Positions 27,940 to 40,400 of a stretch of 64,000 nucleotides of DNA are shown here, in pieces. The stretch comes from Chrysomallon squamiferum (taxonomy: Eukaryota > Animalia > Mollusca), in NCBI GenBank assembly GCA_012295275.1, contig CM022665.1, positions 24,180,001-24,244,000 on the forward strand, given 5' to 3'. The position numbers were made by a program, and so were the translations under genes. A model generated the notes under the pieces. That model did not search any database. It was given only the letters and a program-made list of their open reading frames with translations, and was not told the DNA's origin. The first letter of the stretch is position 1. The number at the start of each line of letters is the position of its first letter.

Positions 27940-30204
27940 GTTAGGGATATATGATTTTTGTGATTCTTTTTTTTTTTTTTTTTATAAATTTGTATAATTG
28001 TAAGTCTTTTATGTATAAATGTTTGTATTCTGTCATTATCATCACTATTAGTATTGCATGCATGATTATTATTATTATTATTATTATTTGGTTTGTTTTA
28101 CAAGTAGTATTACATGTGTTATTATTATTAATATCAAATTGATTATTAATGTAATTGTCATCATCATCATTATTATCATCATCATTCAGTCATTTACAGA
28201 TTAATCTTGATTACATAAAAGTTTATATTGACATTTTCTTGTTTCATTAACTGATTAACAAACTGTATTGAGTTTTATCAGATTTAATGAGATGTCAGTG
28301 ATCCATACAACAGTTTTAAATAATTAAAATTTAAATTAAGTTTAATGTAATATAATCAAATATAATCATCAATACACTCTATTCTTTTTTTCTTTCCTGA
28401 TTATTTTTTTTTATATATACAACTTCTGCCATTAAGAAAATGACAACAAAAATAATAATAGTAATGAAAGAAAAAAGAAATACAAGAAAAAGAAAGAAAG
28501 AAAAAAATTAAAAAGCAAAAATGCAGTCTATAATTTTTTCCAGAGCAGTTTTACTGTTAATATGAATTTCTTACTGCAGTGAAGAAAAAGAATAAAAAAT
28601 GTTTTATGTTCAAAAAAAGTTAAAAAAAAAAAAAAAAAAAAGGAAAAACTGTCATGGATAATTAAAAGGATTCCTGATTATTACTAATAATTACAATGTA
28701 GACTCCTTTATCCACATGCTAACCTTTTTCTAAGAATATTTTTCATTTCTTTATAATAGTATTTCCAATTCATTTTTATTTTATTATTATTATTTATTAT
28801 TATTTTTTTTTTTTAAATATTATTATGATTTAAATTGGTTTCTATAAAAATAATCATCTATGTAAATAATTGCATTTCACTAAAAGTAATATTTTTTTAA
28901 AATGCCATAATATAAATTTAATGTGAATATTATACATTTATTTTCTACTATCAATAACATTTTTCATTAAAAAATTAATTTTCATAAAACATAAATTTCA
29001 TTGTATAATTTAGTGTAAAAAAAAAAAAAAATAAAAAAAATAAATGATATAAAAAAAAAAAAAATTGTAAAGATAAAAGATTATTTAATTACAAAGTCAG
29101 GCCTGGAGGCATCATTCAAGTTATTAATTTTTCAGTCTCAATTCTGAATATATCTTTGTTTGTAAGCCATGAAATACCTGTCATTTCATATGCAGCAGAA
29201 TCAAAATCCTGACATTGTCTCCTTAATGACATTCTAAATTAGGTTACAGAACACCATTTATTTTTAACCTTTTAACTTACTAACATATATCAGAAGAACT
29301 ATTTTTCTGTTTATGGGAAGGTCAGTATGAAGGATCCTTTTCTATTTAATTAATAAAAATAGCTAGCCCATGAAATGGAGACAATGAGTTTGCTGTTCGA
29401 TATTATCATTATATTTGATTTGTATTAATACTTAATATTAAAATGTGTTGAGATAACATTAAATAAAATTAATATTTAATCATTCAACTCGGTAACTCTG
29501 TCTCCAGGCAGACTTGCTTTAATCTTGATGTATATCTGATTTGTATATTAAATTATAAGCCAACATACAAAAGATAAACCAAACATAACTTCAGACATTA
29601 TGCATATTAATATACCAGGTATGCATACTAAGGTAAATAAAAAAATAAAAAAAAAGTGTTTAAAGTTTTTGTAAATATGCTTAAATAATTTAAAAAAAAT
29701 ATATATATATATATATATAAAAATTTCAAAATGAAACCATTCACTGGTTTTACTGAATCAACATTTATCAGTATAACTGACAGAATATTTCTGCTGCAAA
29801 TTGAAATGTGTCAATGTAAAAGTCATTGAATGTAGTACAGTTTTAACCTAAAAGGGCAGCAGTATCAAACTACTTAATTTGTTTTGTCTAGTATAATAAT
29901 CATATTAAGGTAATGACATCATTATTATTTTTATTTTTTTTCCACCGCACTGAATTCATTGGACAGACAATGTGTAATGTGAGGTTATTAGGATGTGCAG
30001 AGTGCATTTAGATTGTCTGTTCTCACTGTGTCAGGTACGTGCTTGCATAATGATCAAAATGTCAACACTAGCAGACAGTTTTATGGTGCTTGTTGACATG
30101 TGAGAACCAGGGGTTGCTAACATTAAGTCACATTGCATGATGGCCAGGCAGAACTACTTAACCTAGGGGGCTGCATTTTGTCAGGTCTCATTTATTACTT
30201 GTGT

Positions 30205-30245
30205 GGGGCACAGTTTAACTCAGTGGTAGAGAAATTGCCTCAGGC
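30205..30245 (+). mobile_element. Possible remnant of a tRNA-derived SINE head
   Basis: GGGGCACAGTTTAACTCAGTGGTAGAGAAATTGCCT resembles a tRNA 5' half with a Pol III A box (TAGCTCAGTGGTAGAGC); no B box or 3' half found. Confidence 0.35.
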
Positions 30246-31080
30246 ATCATTATTTTGTTTGTTTATACATTTTTTTAATTTTCTGTAGTGTCAATTTTGT
30301 TTCATATCTGGTTCTGACCACTGCTTTGTAATGTGTTTAAATTTCAAAGGTAACTGTCAAACAAGTAAAATGTTATTTGTCTGATGTGTACTGTCAGATG
30401 TTTCAGTACCTACCACAAACACACACATATATATACAAATAGAATATGTGTGTATTACTGTCTCTGGTTATTAAGGAGTACGAATTTATGTATGCAGATT
30501 TGTTTCTGTATGTATGTTTGTTGATGTGTATATATGTGTGTATATTTGTGTGTATATTTATATATGTATATTTGTATGTATGAGGGTGTATATTAGTATG
30601 TATATATATGTATGTACATATTTATGCTGTTTATTTGTATGTATAAGGGTGTATGTATACTGGAATATAACATCATATTTCTCTGGATCATTTACGTGAC
30701 TTTGTACACTCAATAGATCTTCTTGTTTTTGTTTTTTTGGTTTTTTTTTACTTCTGTCACTCTGAATGACACTAATAACCTTGAAACTATGTAAGTATGT
30801 ATATTAATCTTACTTACTTCCATATGTACACTTGATATCTCCAAGTGAGAGTATAGGCTAATGTTCACTGGAACACAGCAGGCCATAAACCATGTCTTGG
30901 TGTTGATAGCCTGATATAATTACATGCAAGGTTAAACCTTTACAATATCAGTGACTTAGAAGATTGTATCCCTCATTTTAAATAACTGGGTAAAGAGGAT
31001 GTAGCAAGGCAGCTGTGAGAAGGTAATTTTATTAAAAATCCCCCCAAAAAACCTCCACAAGTTATCTTGTCAACTGTCTG

Positions 31081-31407
31081 AGCTTTCTTCATACTTATCA
31101 GTGATTCAGCTTTCTTCATACTTACCAGTGATTCAGCTTTCTTCATACTTACAATGATTCAGCTTTCTTCATACTTATCAGTGATTCAGCTTTCTTCATA
31201 CTTATCAGTGATTCAGCTTTCTTCATACTTATCAATGATTCAGCTTTCTTCATACTTACAATGATTCAGCTTTCTTCATACTTATCAGTGATTCAGCTTT
31301 CTTCATACTTATCAATGATTCAGCTTTCTTCATACTTACAATGATTCAGCTTTCTTCATACTTATCAGTGATTCAGCTTTCTTCATACTTATCAGTGATT
31401 CAGCTTT
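31081..31407. repeat. Minisatellite, 12 copies of the 26-27 bp unit AGCTTTCTTCATACTTATCAGTGATTC
   Basis: Read directly: head-to-tail units, with variants at one site (ATCAGTG, ATCAATG, ACAATG, ACCAGTG). Confidence 0.97.
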
Positions 31408-31553
31408 TGGCATACTACTTCTGCAGTACTGAAATAGTGTTTTAGAATTGTATCAATATTAATGTTTCATTGTTTCAAGAATACATAAGCCTTTTCTTCA
31501 GTAGTCTGTTAGCAGTTTATAAATAATAATTAAGTTAAAAATTATTATTGTTA

Positions 31554-31599
<46 letters not shown>

Positions 31600-33581
31600 T
31601 CAGGCTTTATAGTTTTAAAGAAAAACAACACCTAATTAAATTTTCCTTAATTGAATTTATATAACAACATTTTCTTGTTATTATTATTTTTTTTCTTACA
31701 CATTCTTGAAATTAATTTAAGAACAGAAAATAATCAATAGGAATTTTCGAATGTTAATTAAAGAATATTAAATTTTAGACATGAATGTAATATTTGCTGA
31801 ACATGTTTACATCAAGATATAATTAGATATGCTAATGTTTTTCCTAATACTGTGGAAATATTTGAACAGATATTGGATCGTAAAATTTCGAAATGATTCT
31901 GTAAAAGCAAGAAGTTTGGAAGCTTGGCAGATGTCGGAGCTTGATGTAGCAGTGGTGACCTATTGTCTTCCCTGACCTTATGTTTAACCCACCACATGTC
32001 AGGATAAAATACTCAAAAAGTCCGATCTATAACTTCTTTTCTATTGGATGAAAAAAAAATATGTGTAATGTGACCCTGTTGTTTTATTTTGTGATACTGG
32101 TGTTTATTTCTTTTTTCTTTTTTTTTAAATTTCAAATAATTATAAATTCTGAGTTGTAATTGTTGTCATATTGTTGAAAAAGAGATAAAAAAAATGAATA
32201 TAACCAAAAAAAAAATGATAATGATAATAAACAAAGAACTTATTAATAAATAATACATTTTTTTTATTATTATTAAAAAATAAAGAGTTTAATTAATATT
32301 AGATTAGTTAATGTAGAAATAAATGATAATGAATAAAAAGGTAATTAAAAGAATAATTAATAATAAAAATATATATTGGTAACTTAAATAATGAATTGCT
32401 ATTAATTAGGAGAATTCAGTAATGCGACATTTTATTTTCCCCCATATCATTTTGTATTTATTTATTTACTGATTTATTTATATTTATATTTGATTATCTT
32501 TATAATTTCTTGGTTAGATAATTTATTACAGTCTGTATTTTAATCTGTTATCATTTATTTACCACTTGAGATTATTAGCTATTTTTTTCATCAAAGAAAA
32601 TTCTATACATCCCCTTCAATCCATGATCCATATTAAACATTCAATATCGCATTCTTCAAACAACTTTTTATTTTTCATCTTTCTTTTCTTTTTTATTTGT
32701 TCTCTCTACACTTCGTTTTTTACACATCATTACCTGTCCATTCATGACTGGTTTCATTTCTGTCAATATTCACCAATCATCTCAGCCTTAAATTCTTCAG
32801 AAAAGACATTATGTTTTCCTAACATCTTAGCAATTCCTCAGAAGAGCTATCATTCTGTCACAGAAAGCAGTATGTGTTGATCCATCAAACGGACCATGCA
32901 CCAGTTATTGGAAAAAATAGCCCATCTTTTGTTTTTCATTGATTTTGCCATAAAAGACTGAGAGAAGAAGAAGAAGAAGAAGAAATAAAAACAAAATAAT
33001 AATAACAAGACAGTTGAGGGTCAAGAGATTGTTTGCAAACATGATGATTCTCCCTCCACTCTTCTTTTTCCCTCCACAGTTCAAATATTGAATGATTTGA
33101 GAGTTAAAAATGTCAGCCGCAAGCAGATAAAATTGGTTGAATGTTGTTGGCAAGTCTCAAAATGTGTCAAGTCTCCCTGGGTATTTTCTAGTGTATAATC
33201 ACATTAATTGCAATTGGCACAACCCTAGGTTTTCACAACTCTCAGCCTTTTTATGTCTTTTTCATCATTGTTGTCTGGGATCAATGGAGGGTTTGAAGGA
33301 GGCAAATTGATCAGTTGTTTTATCAAGAAGAAATTATGGTGTGAAGAAGAGGAAATTGTTTTTCACTGGGGGTGGAGGATAACATTATTTTTGTTCATTG
33401 ATTGCTTCTCTGATAGAAAGAAATTTTGATGTTCTTTTCATTTTCATTTTTTTTTTTTTTTTTCTATCTTTTTTCTATTTTATTTTGTTTTGTTTGTTAT
33501 TGTTATTATGATGTTGAAAGTTTAAAATACTTAGGTGTAACTTGTAGGTTTGTTTAAATCTGTATGTGTAAATCGTTATGA

Positions 33582-33625
<44 letters not shown>

Positions 33626-34976
33626 ATACGAGCATGTATGTATTTATACAGTGTGTATGTATGTATGCAGTGTGTATGTCTGTGTTAGGGGTGAGTGATA
33701 ATGTAGCTATGTTGTTAGTGTAATGCATTACATTCAGAATCACAGACACATTTCTTTCTCTTTCTCTCCATTTTGAGTCTATCACTCTACTTCTAAACCA
33801 TCATTTCTTTCTCTTACTGTCTCTCCTCCCACCCTTTTTACTTCAAAAATGTGGTTATAAAGAACAAAGAACAGAGACAAGAGATAATCAAAGAAACCTT
33901 ACAAAGCAATCAGCTTTTATTGCTCTCTGTGGATACAGAGCAAGAACATGGAGATCACATCTGGGCCTGGTTTAAAATCTACCAGGTGATTAACAAAGAA
34001 TGCATAACAGGTGATTATAGGATTTGTTTTCTTAAAAATCTACCAAGGTCTTCTCTCCCCAGTAGTAGTATAGATGAGCCTATGTTGTGTGGAAATGTCA
34101 GGGATTTTTTTTTTTTTTTTTTTTGAACTGTTGAGTCTTTTCCACCAGTGTTGTGAATTGTGATGAAATGTGGCTGCTTGTTTATGGATACCAACAGTCA
34201 GTAAACAGACTGTAATACTGTCAAGTGTATTTGCTTTGTAGAACTGCTTTACAGCTCTGCTGAGTGAGAGTGCAAAACAAAAAAGCTAGAAAGGTATTCT
34301 GATGACTGAAACAGGTGTATATGTTTTTCACAGGCACTGATGTTTCAGAGCTAGTCTTATTTTTTTTTTTCCGTTCTGTTTGTTTTGTATGTAATGACAT
34401 AGCTGGGAGGAGTGTAATTTATTGATAGTGTGTTATATACATTTATCCAATGCTTTTTAATTTCTCTCTCTGATTTTCAGGGGTTTTTTTCTCTCTCTAT
34501 CTTTATCTGTTAGATGTCCATCTGTCTGTTAGTCTGCTTTCTCTGTCCATCTCTATCGCTTTCTCTCTAATTTTTTTATTTTAATTTTTTTGTTTTTGTT
34601 ACCTCTTTTTCTCTTTCTATATCTATATCTCTCCATTTATTCATCCACTCTCCAGGTTTATCCATATCTAGATATGCTGCATTTATATAATTATTTAAAA
34701 AAAAAACATTATTTAAAATTATAAAAATAATAAAATAATAATAAGAATGATGATGATACAATAATATAATTAATAATAATAATTAAAAACAAGAACAAAA
34801 ATACTATACAAGAACTCGTGCACTGAGAAAGTTATCTGCTTCTATTAATGTTCATATAAAATCTGCTGTCAAAAGCCAGCCATTCTTAACTTAAATATAA
34901 AAGTCAATGAAAGTTTATTGACAGCAGGTAAACAAACGTCTATCTCATTCTCATTCTCTGTGTGTTATTTTTGTAG

Positions 34977-35873
34977 AGTGACAGAAACATGATCTGTGGA
35001 ACAGGCAGTGTGTCATTTTGTGTGTCCTCAGCAGGAGGTGACAGTCACTTGAGGCGTGCAGGGACCCCAGCCACTGAGATAGTTGCTAAAACTCGATCGA
35101 GTACTGCTGCTGAAAGCAAGGAAATGAACTACAATAGAGCTGTGGATAAAGGAAACCAGAGTAAGACCAGAAAGGAGGTCTATCACAATGGGATTGCTGA
35201 CAGAGAGTGTAATACAGGCAGTATTGGCAGTGGTAGAGAAACAGTCATTACCAGTGGAGTAACAGATAAAGAGGCCAGTGATGATTTTGAAGGTGAGAGT
35301 GTCAGTGATATGGATTATCCTGAATACCCTATCAGAGGAACCATATCTCCCCTGACCAGCCAGGGAATAGCCAAGAGGTCTGCTGGGATGGTGGATGAAG
35401 TGTCGTTTGTGTTTGGACGACCTGCCACACCCATAACTAGTGTGGGCGAAAAGAGATGTTTGTCACCCACGTCTGTGGTTGAGAAACAGTCTGCCTTACT
35501 GACTGACAAAGACTCTGATATGCTGGTACAAAATGAGACTACTTCATCAGTTGAAAAAGAATCAGTGGTTGAGAAAGAGTCTGCCTCACCTATGGTTGAG
35601 AACCAGGCTTCGACATCGATGGTTGAGAAAAGATGTGTCTCACCACTGTCGGATATTTTACCACTGAGACAGACAAGGAGTATTGGTGGTGTGAGTTCTG
35701 GTGAGAGGTACATCGATACCTCGTTGACCGATTCAGGAGCATGTGTGCTGGGAAACATGGTTAAAAGTGGAGTACTATGCCAGCACTGTAACGGATGTCT
35801 AGTAGACCTGAAGAGACAGGCTCTTAGATTAATGTTTCCTGATAACATGTCAAATGGAACATCTTCTATTAAA
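34977..35873 (+). CDS. KIF26: Internal coding exon (299 codons, phase 0/0) of a KIF26-like kinesin-11 gene; low-complexity N-terminal region plus the conserved CxxCxxxLVxLKRQAL motif
   Basis: Open frame from acceptor ttatttttgtag|AGT (AG at 34975-34976) to donor ATTAAA|gtaagt (GT at 35874); 897 nt and GC-richer than the flanks. 35778-35840 encodes CQHCNGCLVDLKRQALRLMFP, matching the KIF26B N-terminal motif as I recall it (CENCNARLVELKRQALRLL). Family assignment rests on this one motif. Confidence 0.85.
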
Positions 35874-37431
35874 GTAAGTACCTCATTTCCTTTACATCTT
35901 GGCTGAAATATTTCTGTGGATATTTTTATTTTTACTTTTTTCTTTACCCCTCTAAGATATCTTCTCCTGCATACCACAGACAGTTTGCTATTCGTCCAAT
36001 CAGCTTGGCTCTTTAGTGATTTATGCTCTGTGTCTTAAGCTGCTCTTTGATGTCGAATCTTGATCTGACAAGTTTACTCACTTTTACATATATGATTTAT
36101 TTCCATTATTACAAGAGGTTTCACTGAAATATAACTTCTCTTAAAAGAGTTTTTTGTAAATATGTGCCGTCTGTCTCTTACTGCAGAAATACAGATTTTT
36201 TTGAAAATCCTTTCAGATTTTAATGTTTAATGTCACTTGCATAATATAGAGTTTTCTCTGGTTAGAGGTAAAAATGAAATACATAAGATTTTGGGGCTAT
36301 GTTTCTTTTTTCTTCTATTATGAATTAACAATTCTATCTAATTTATTTTTCTCTTCAGTCTAGGAGAGAATAAGTTCTTTTTCAGTTGCTTGTTGTTTTT
36401 TCTTAAATTAAATTATAGTTAGAATTTTTTTATATAAAGCTTCAATATAATGTCAAGGATTTAATTTTATAATACAGAATTCCTAATTTGTCAGTCTTAT
36501 TCTTCCCTTTTATTTCCAAATTTTGTAAACACACACACACACACACACATGTTTGTTGGGGGGGTTTGTGGTTGTTCTTAGTTTCTATAAATCATTTTGT
36601 GAAAACTATATTTAACAAACAAAAAAGTCTGAAATAATAACTATTCAAATTTAACCATGCTTATTATATTACATTATTGACTAGAAGGGAAAAAATCCCC
36701 AGTATTCTGCATTTGGTGACAGCTGACAAAATATAATTCTATTGAATTTCATTTACAATGGAACCTGGCAAATTGATCAGTCATGGAATAGACTTAACAA
36801 TGTATAAAACATAGTTCATTTAAAAAGAAAATTTAAAGCTGTATTATTATTTTAGTTTATTCATTTTTTTTCCATTCATTCTGCTTTATACACCTGTCTT
36901 TTCATACTTTTTTGTTTTCACTTGTAATTACTTATAAATCAGCAACTGTCATCATAACAGATTATGCTGTCCACTCAAAGATCTGTAGAAATCATTTCTT
37001 TTCACAACACTGATTTACCACTGGCACATGCTGTACATTTTTCATTGTCTGGACAGTGGTTCTCAATACTGACCGATGTAGCATTAACAGTTCACCAATA
37101 CATTAATCACAATCTTACACAGCCTGAAAAACCAATTTCTGGTTATGTTTTAATTTTTTTACATCTTACAAATAACCTACATATATGTTGACTGTCTATA
37201 ATGATTTTGGATAAGGTATAACTGACCCTTACAACAGCAGAAAGCGACAGTAAGAAATATTATATTTCAGTGGTCTGTGTTGATATACACTTGTGTTAAC
37301 CCATTTGTTAGTGTTTAGATATAACAGTGCTTTCAGCCTTTTTGTACTCTAGCTGACTACGATGAATAGTTAAATTATATATATGTATAAATGTATATTT
37401 ATTTATGCACACACACATATATATAGACAGA

Positions 37432-37466
<35 letters not shown>

Positions 37467-40400
37467 CAATACATGTGAAAATTGTATAAAATAATACATC
37501 TTAATAATATTAAATATTATTAATGAAAAAAAAAAGTCATAATATCTAAATAACAATTATTGTGGATGGGTTCAATACTAATTCTAGCAACAGCAACAAC
37601 AACAAACAATCAGTCTTTAACAAGAACTACTACACAAATCAAACAGAAGGATGTTCCCATATGCTGTGTAACGTTATCACATCACCTTTGGTTTGACAAA
37701 ACGACTGATAAATATGATTTTTTAATTAAGATGATCTCGGAAATGTAATTTCTCTACCTCAACATGCAATTGCTTTTGCACTTTCTGGTGTAACAGAAGT
37801 GCACCATTAATATTTCTTCCTGTCAGTTTTTTAAGAACTGCACAACAGTCTCCTGAGCAAACAGAATTTCTCACAGATGATAGATGTGTAGGTTGAAGAA
37901 AAAAGTCATAATTGGTCTGACCGCCTGCTACTTCACAGTTGCAGCTGTCAGATGTGAAACTATTTTTGTTGCATGTTTTATACGCTGCAAAGCACGCACA
38001 TCAATTATGAAATCATCCCTGGCATTTGTGCCAATTTGGATTCAACTTGGGAAGGAATTGGATGTTAATTAGTCATTTTCACTTTTCCAGAAGCAAACAA
38101 AAACAGTGAAATTGAAGAAAGATAAATAGGGTTATGTACACAGGAAAGATATATTTTGATATAAAAAATTTAAAAAAAAAAACGATTAAATTTATGTATT
38201 TTTATAAAATATATACAAAAAAAAAAATGTAGCTGTAGAAAAATAAACAAAAACTGATGTAATCTCTTAATTTGACTTACATACAGATTAGATTTCATTT
38301 AATTTTTAAAGTGTATCCACAGTTTATAAGATATCAGACTGGAATTATCAAAATAATATTAAACTGATAAATAATTCTAAAAAAATATTAATTAATTTAC
38401 CAGACAGAACTGATTTTTTTTTTTTTTTAGCTCAGTCTTATGTGAAATTTGTTGTTGGGTGAGATAAATGGAGTCTATTAATTTGTTTCAGCGATGTATC
38501 TGTGCTTCTTAAGCGTTTAGTAATTTTTAGCCAAATATTTGCTTTTAATATCAAATTATCTTGAGTTTAATAATATAGAAATAAAACATGTAAATATATA
38601 TATATAGAAACATTTCAGTAAAAGATAAAATATATATTAAATAATCTGAAGTTAAAAAAACAAAAACAAATCACTGAAATCATATTAACAAATCTTCATT
38701 TATGACTACAAATATGTCTACAAAAATGACACAGTATTACATATCCATTTGTTTAAAATGATCTCATAACTAAACACATTATTGTGAAAGTATAATTATA
38801 TAAAAATCATTAAAAAAAAGAAAGAGATAAATTACATTAACATTAGCCATCTACCCTTTTAAAATGATCACAAATGCATACAAGTTATTGTGAAAGTTTG
38901 TGTGTGTATATGTGCATGTAAAACCATAGAAATAATTTTACATTAATATCATAAAATTATGTCCACCCTTTTAAAATTACCTCAGAGTATTCAGAAATGA
39001 ACTGTTCAAAACTCAATTTCTTATGCACGTGCTCACATTTGGCCTGTGGTTATTTTCTTCCTATTTTCAATTATCACCCATGTGTTCCAGCGATTAGACA
39101 GAAAGTAGGAGACCCACAGTGAGGGGAAAGCTGACTCCAGTAAGCACTGCAACTGGAGATCCTCACCAGCAATAAGAGATCATTAAAAATTAGTTTTCAT
39201 CATCACCTTTAGGGATTTCAACACAGAGATACTGACATCTTCCAGATGGTGAAATTTGAAGTGTGCATCACCTGGCATCATATTAACAGCAGCACAGTCT
39301 CCTGCTATCTAATGTTAACCCCATGATGCAGCACTCTAAGAAGGGGATCTACATACCTTCCTGCTGCTTTCTTGTTGTCTTGGAGATCATCTGTCAGTCT
39401 CTTTACACACATGTACTGCAGCATTTGAGATCTCTGCATCTGACAAATAATCTCTAAACACAAGTAATGAAACTCTGTTGGAACTCTCTGTCTCTATAGG
39501 ATATGCCTATGGTTTTATATATATATATATATATATGAACCACATGAACTGAATTTTCTGTAAACTTATTTTCTAAACTTATGGACTGAAACTTTCTTTT
39601 CTTTCCAATTGTCTATAAATATGATAATTTACTACAGGATTCAGAATTCATAACCTACAGTTATATCTATCTCTATGTCTATAGATCTGACTACACACAC
39701 AGAGACACACACACACATACATACATGCAGAGGTGAGAGTAAGAGTGTGTGTGTGTGTGTGTCTGTGTGTCTGTCTGTCTGTGGATGTCTGTATTTATAG
39801 ATACACATATAGGCCTGCAGCAGTGAAACAGCTTTTAAAAGAGTATTGTCAATACTTACAGATATGTGCAAGAGCATTAGAACTCTATATCTTTATAAAA
39901 AAATTGATACTAATTACGTGAACGTACTACAACAGGCATTTGCCTGAGTGAAGAGTTATCTAAACATATCTACTGCATCAGACTTCAAAAATTATTCAGA
40001 TGTACTGAAATTATTCTCTACATAGATATTTCAGCAGTAATAAAATAGTCTGGTTTTTAATTTTATGACATTTGACATTAGCTACAAGTTATTTCCCAAT
40101 CTGTTAATTTATATCAGATATCAGAGATGTTAATTCATTGATAATGGTATTCTTGCCATGTAGATATGGTGGCATAACCCAAGCAGGATGTCTCCATGAC
40201 AACAGCTGTGTTACACAATACAAATTGCCTGTCTGATATTATTATATAATTATTATGTAATTATATTAACTGTGTAAATTAATAAAACAGGTTTAACAGT
40301 GGTTATCTGTTGTTAAAATTGTACTCACTGTTTTCTGCTGATAACATAATTATATGTTTTAATTGTTGGGTTGTTTTATTTTTTTTATTTTTATTTTCAT

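Noticed and set aside
30205-30280. Functional tRNA gene
   Set aside because: Only an A-box-like 5' half; no anticodon arm, T arm or B box.
31081-31407. CRISPR-like array
   Set aside because: Units are head-to-tail with no unique spacers, there are no cas genes, and the context is eukaryotic; it is a minisatellite.
35315-35977. 220-aa minus-strand ORF
   Set aside because: Antisense shadow of the KIF26-like exon; no independent domain or splice support.
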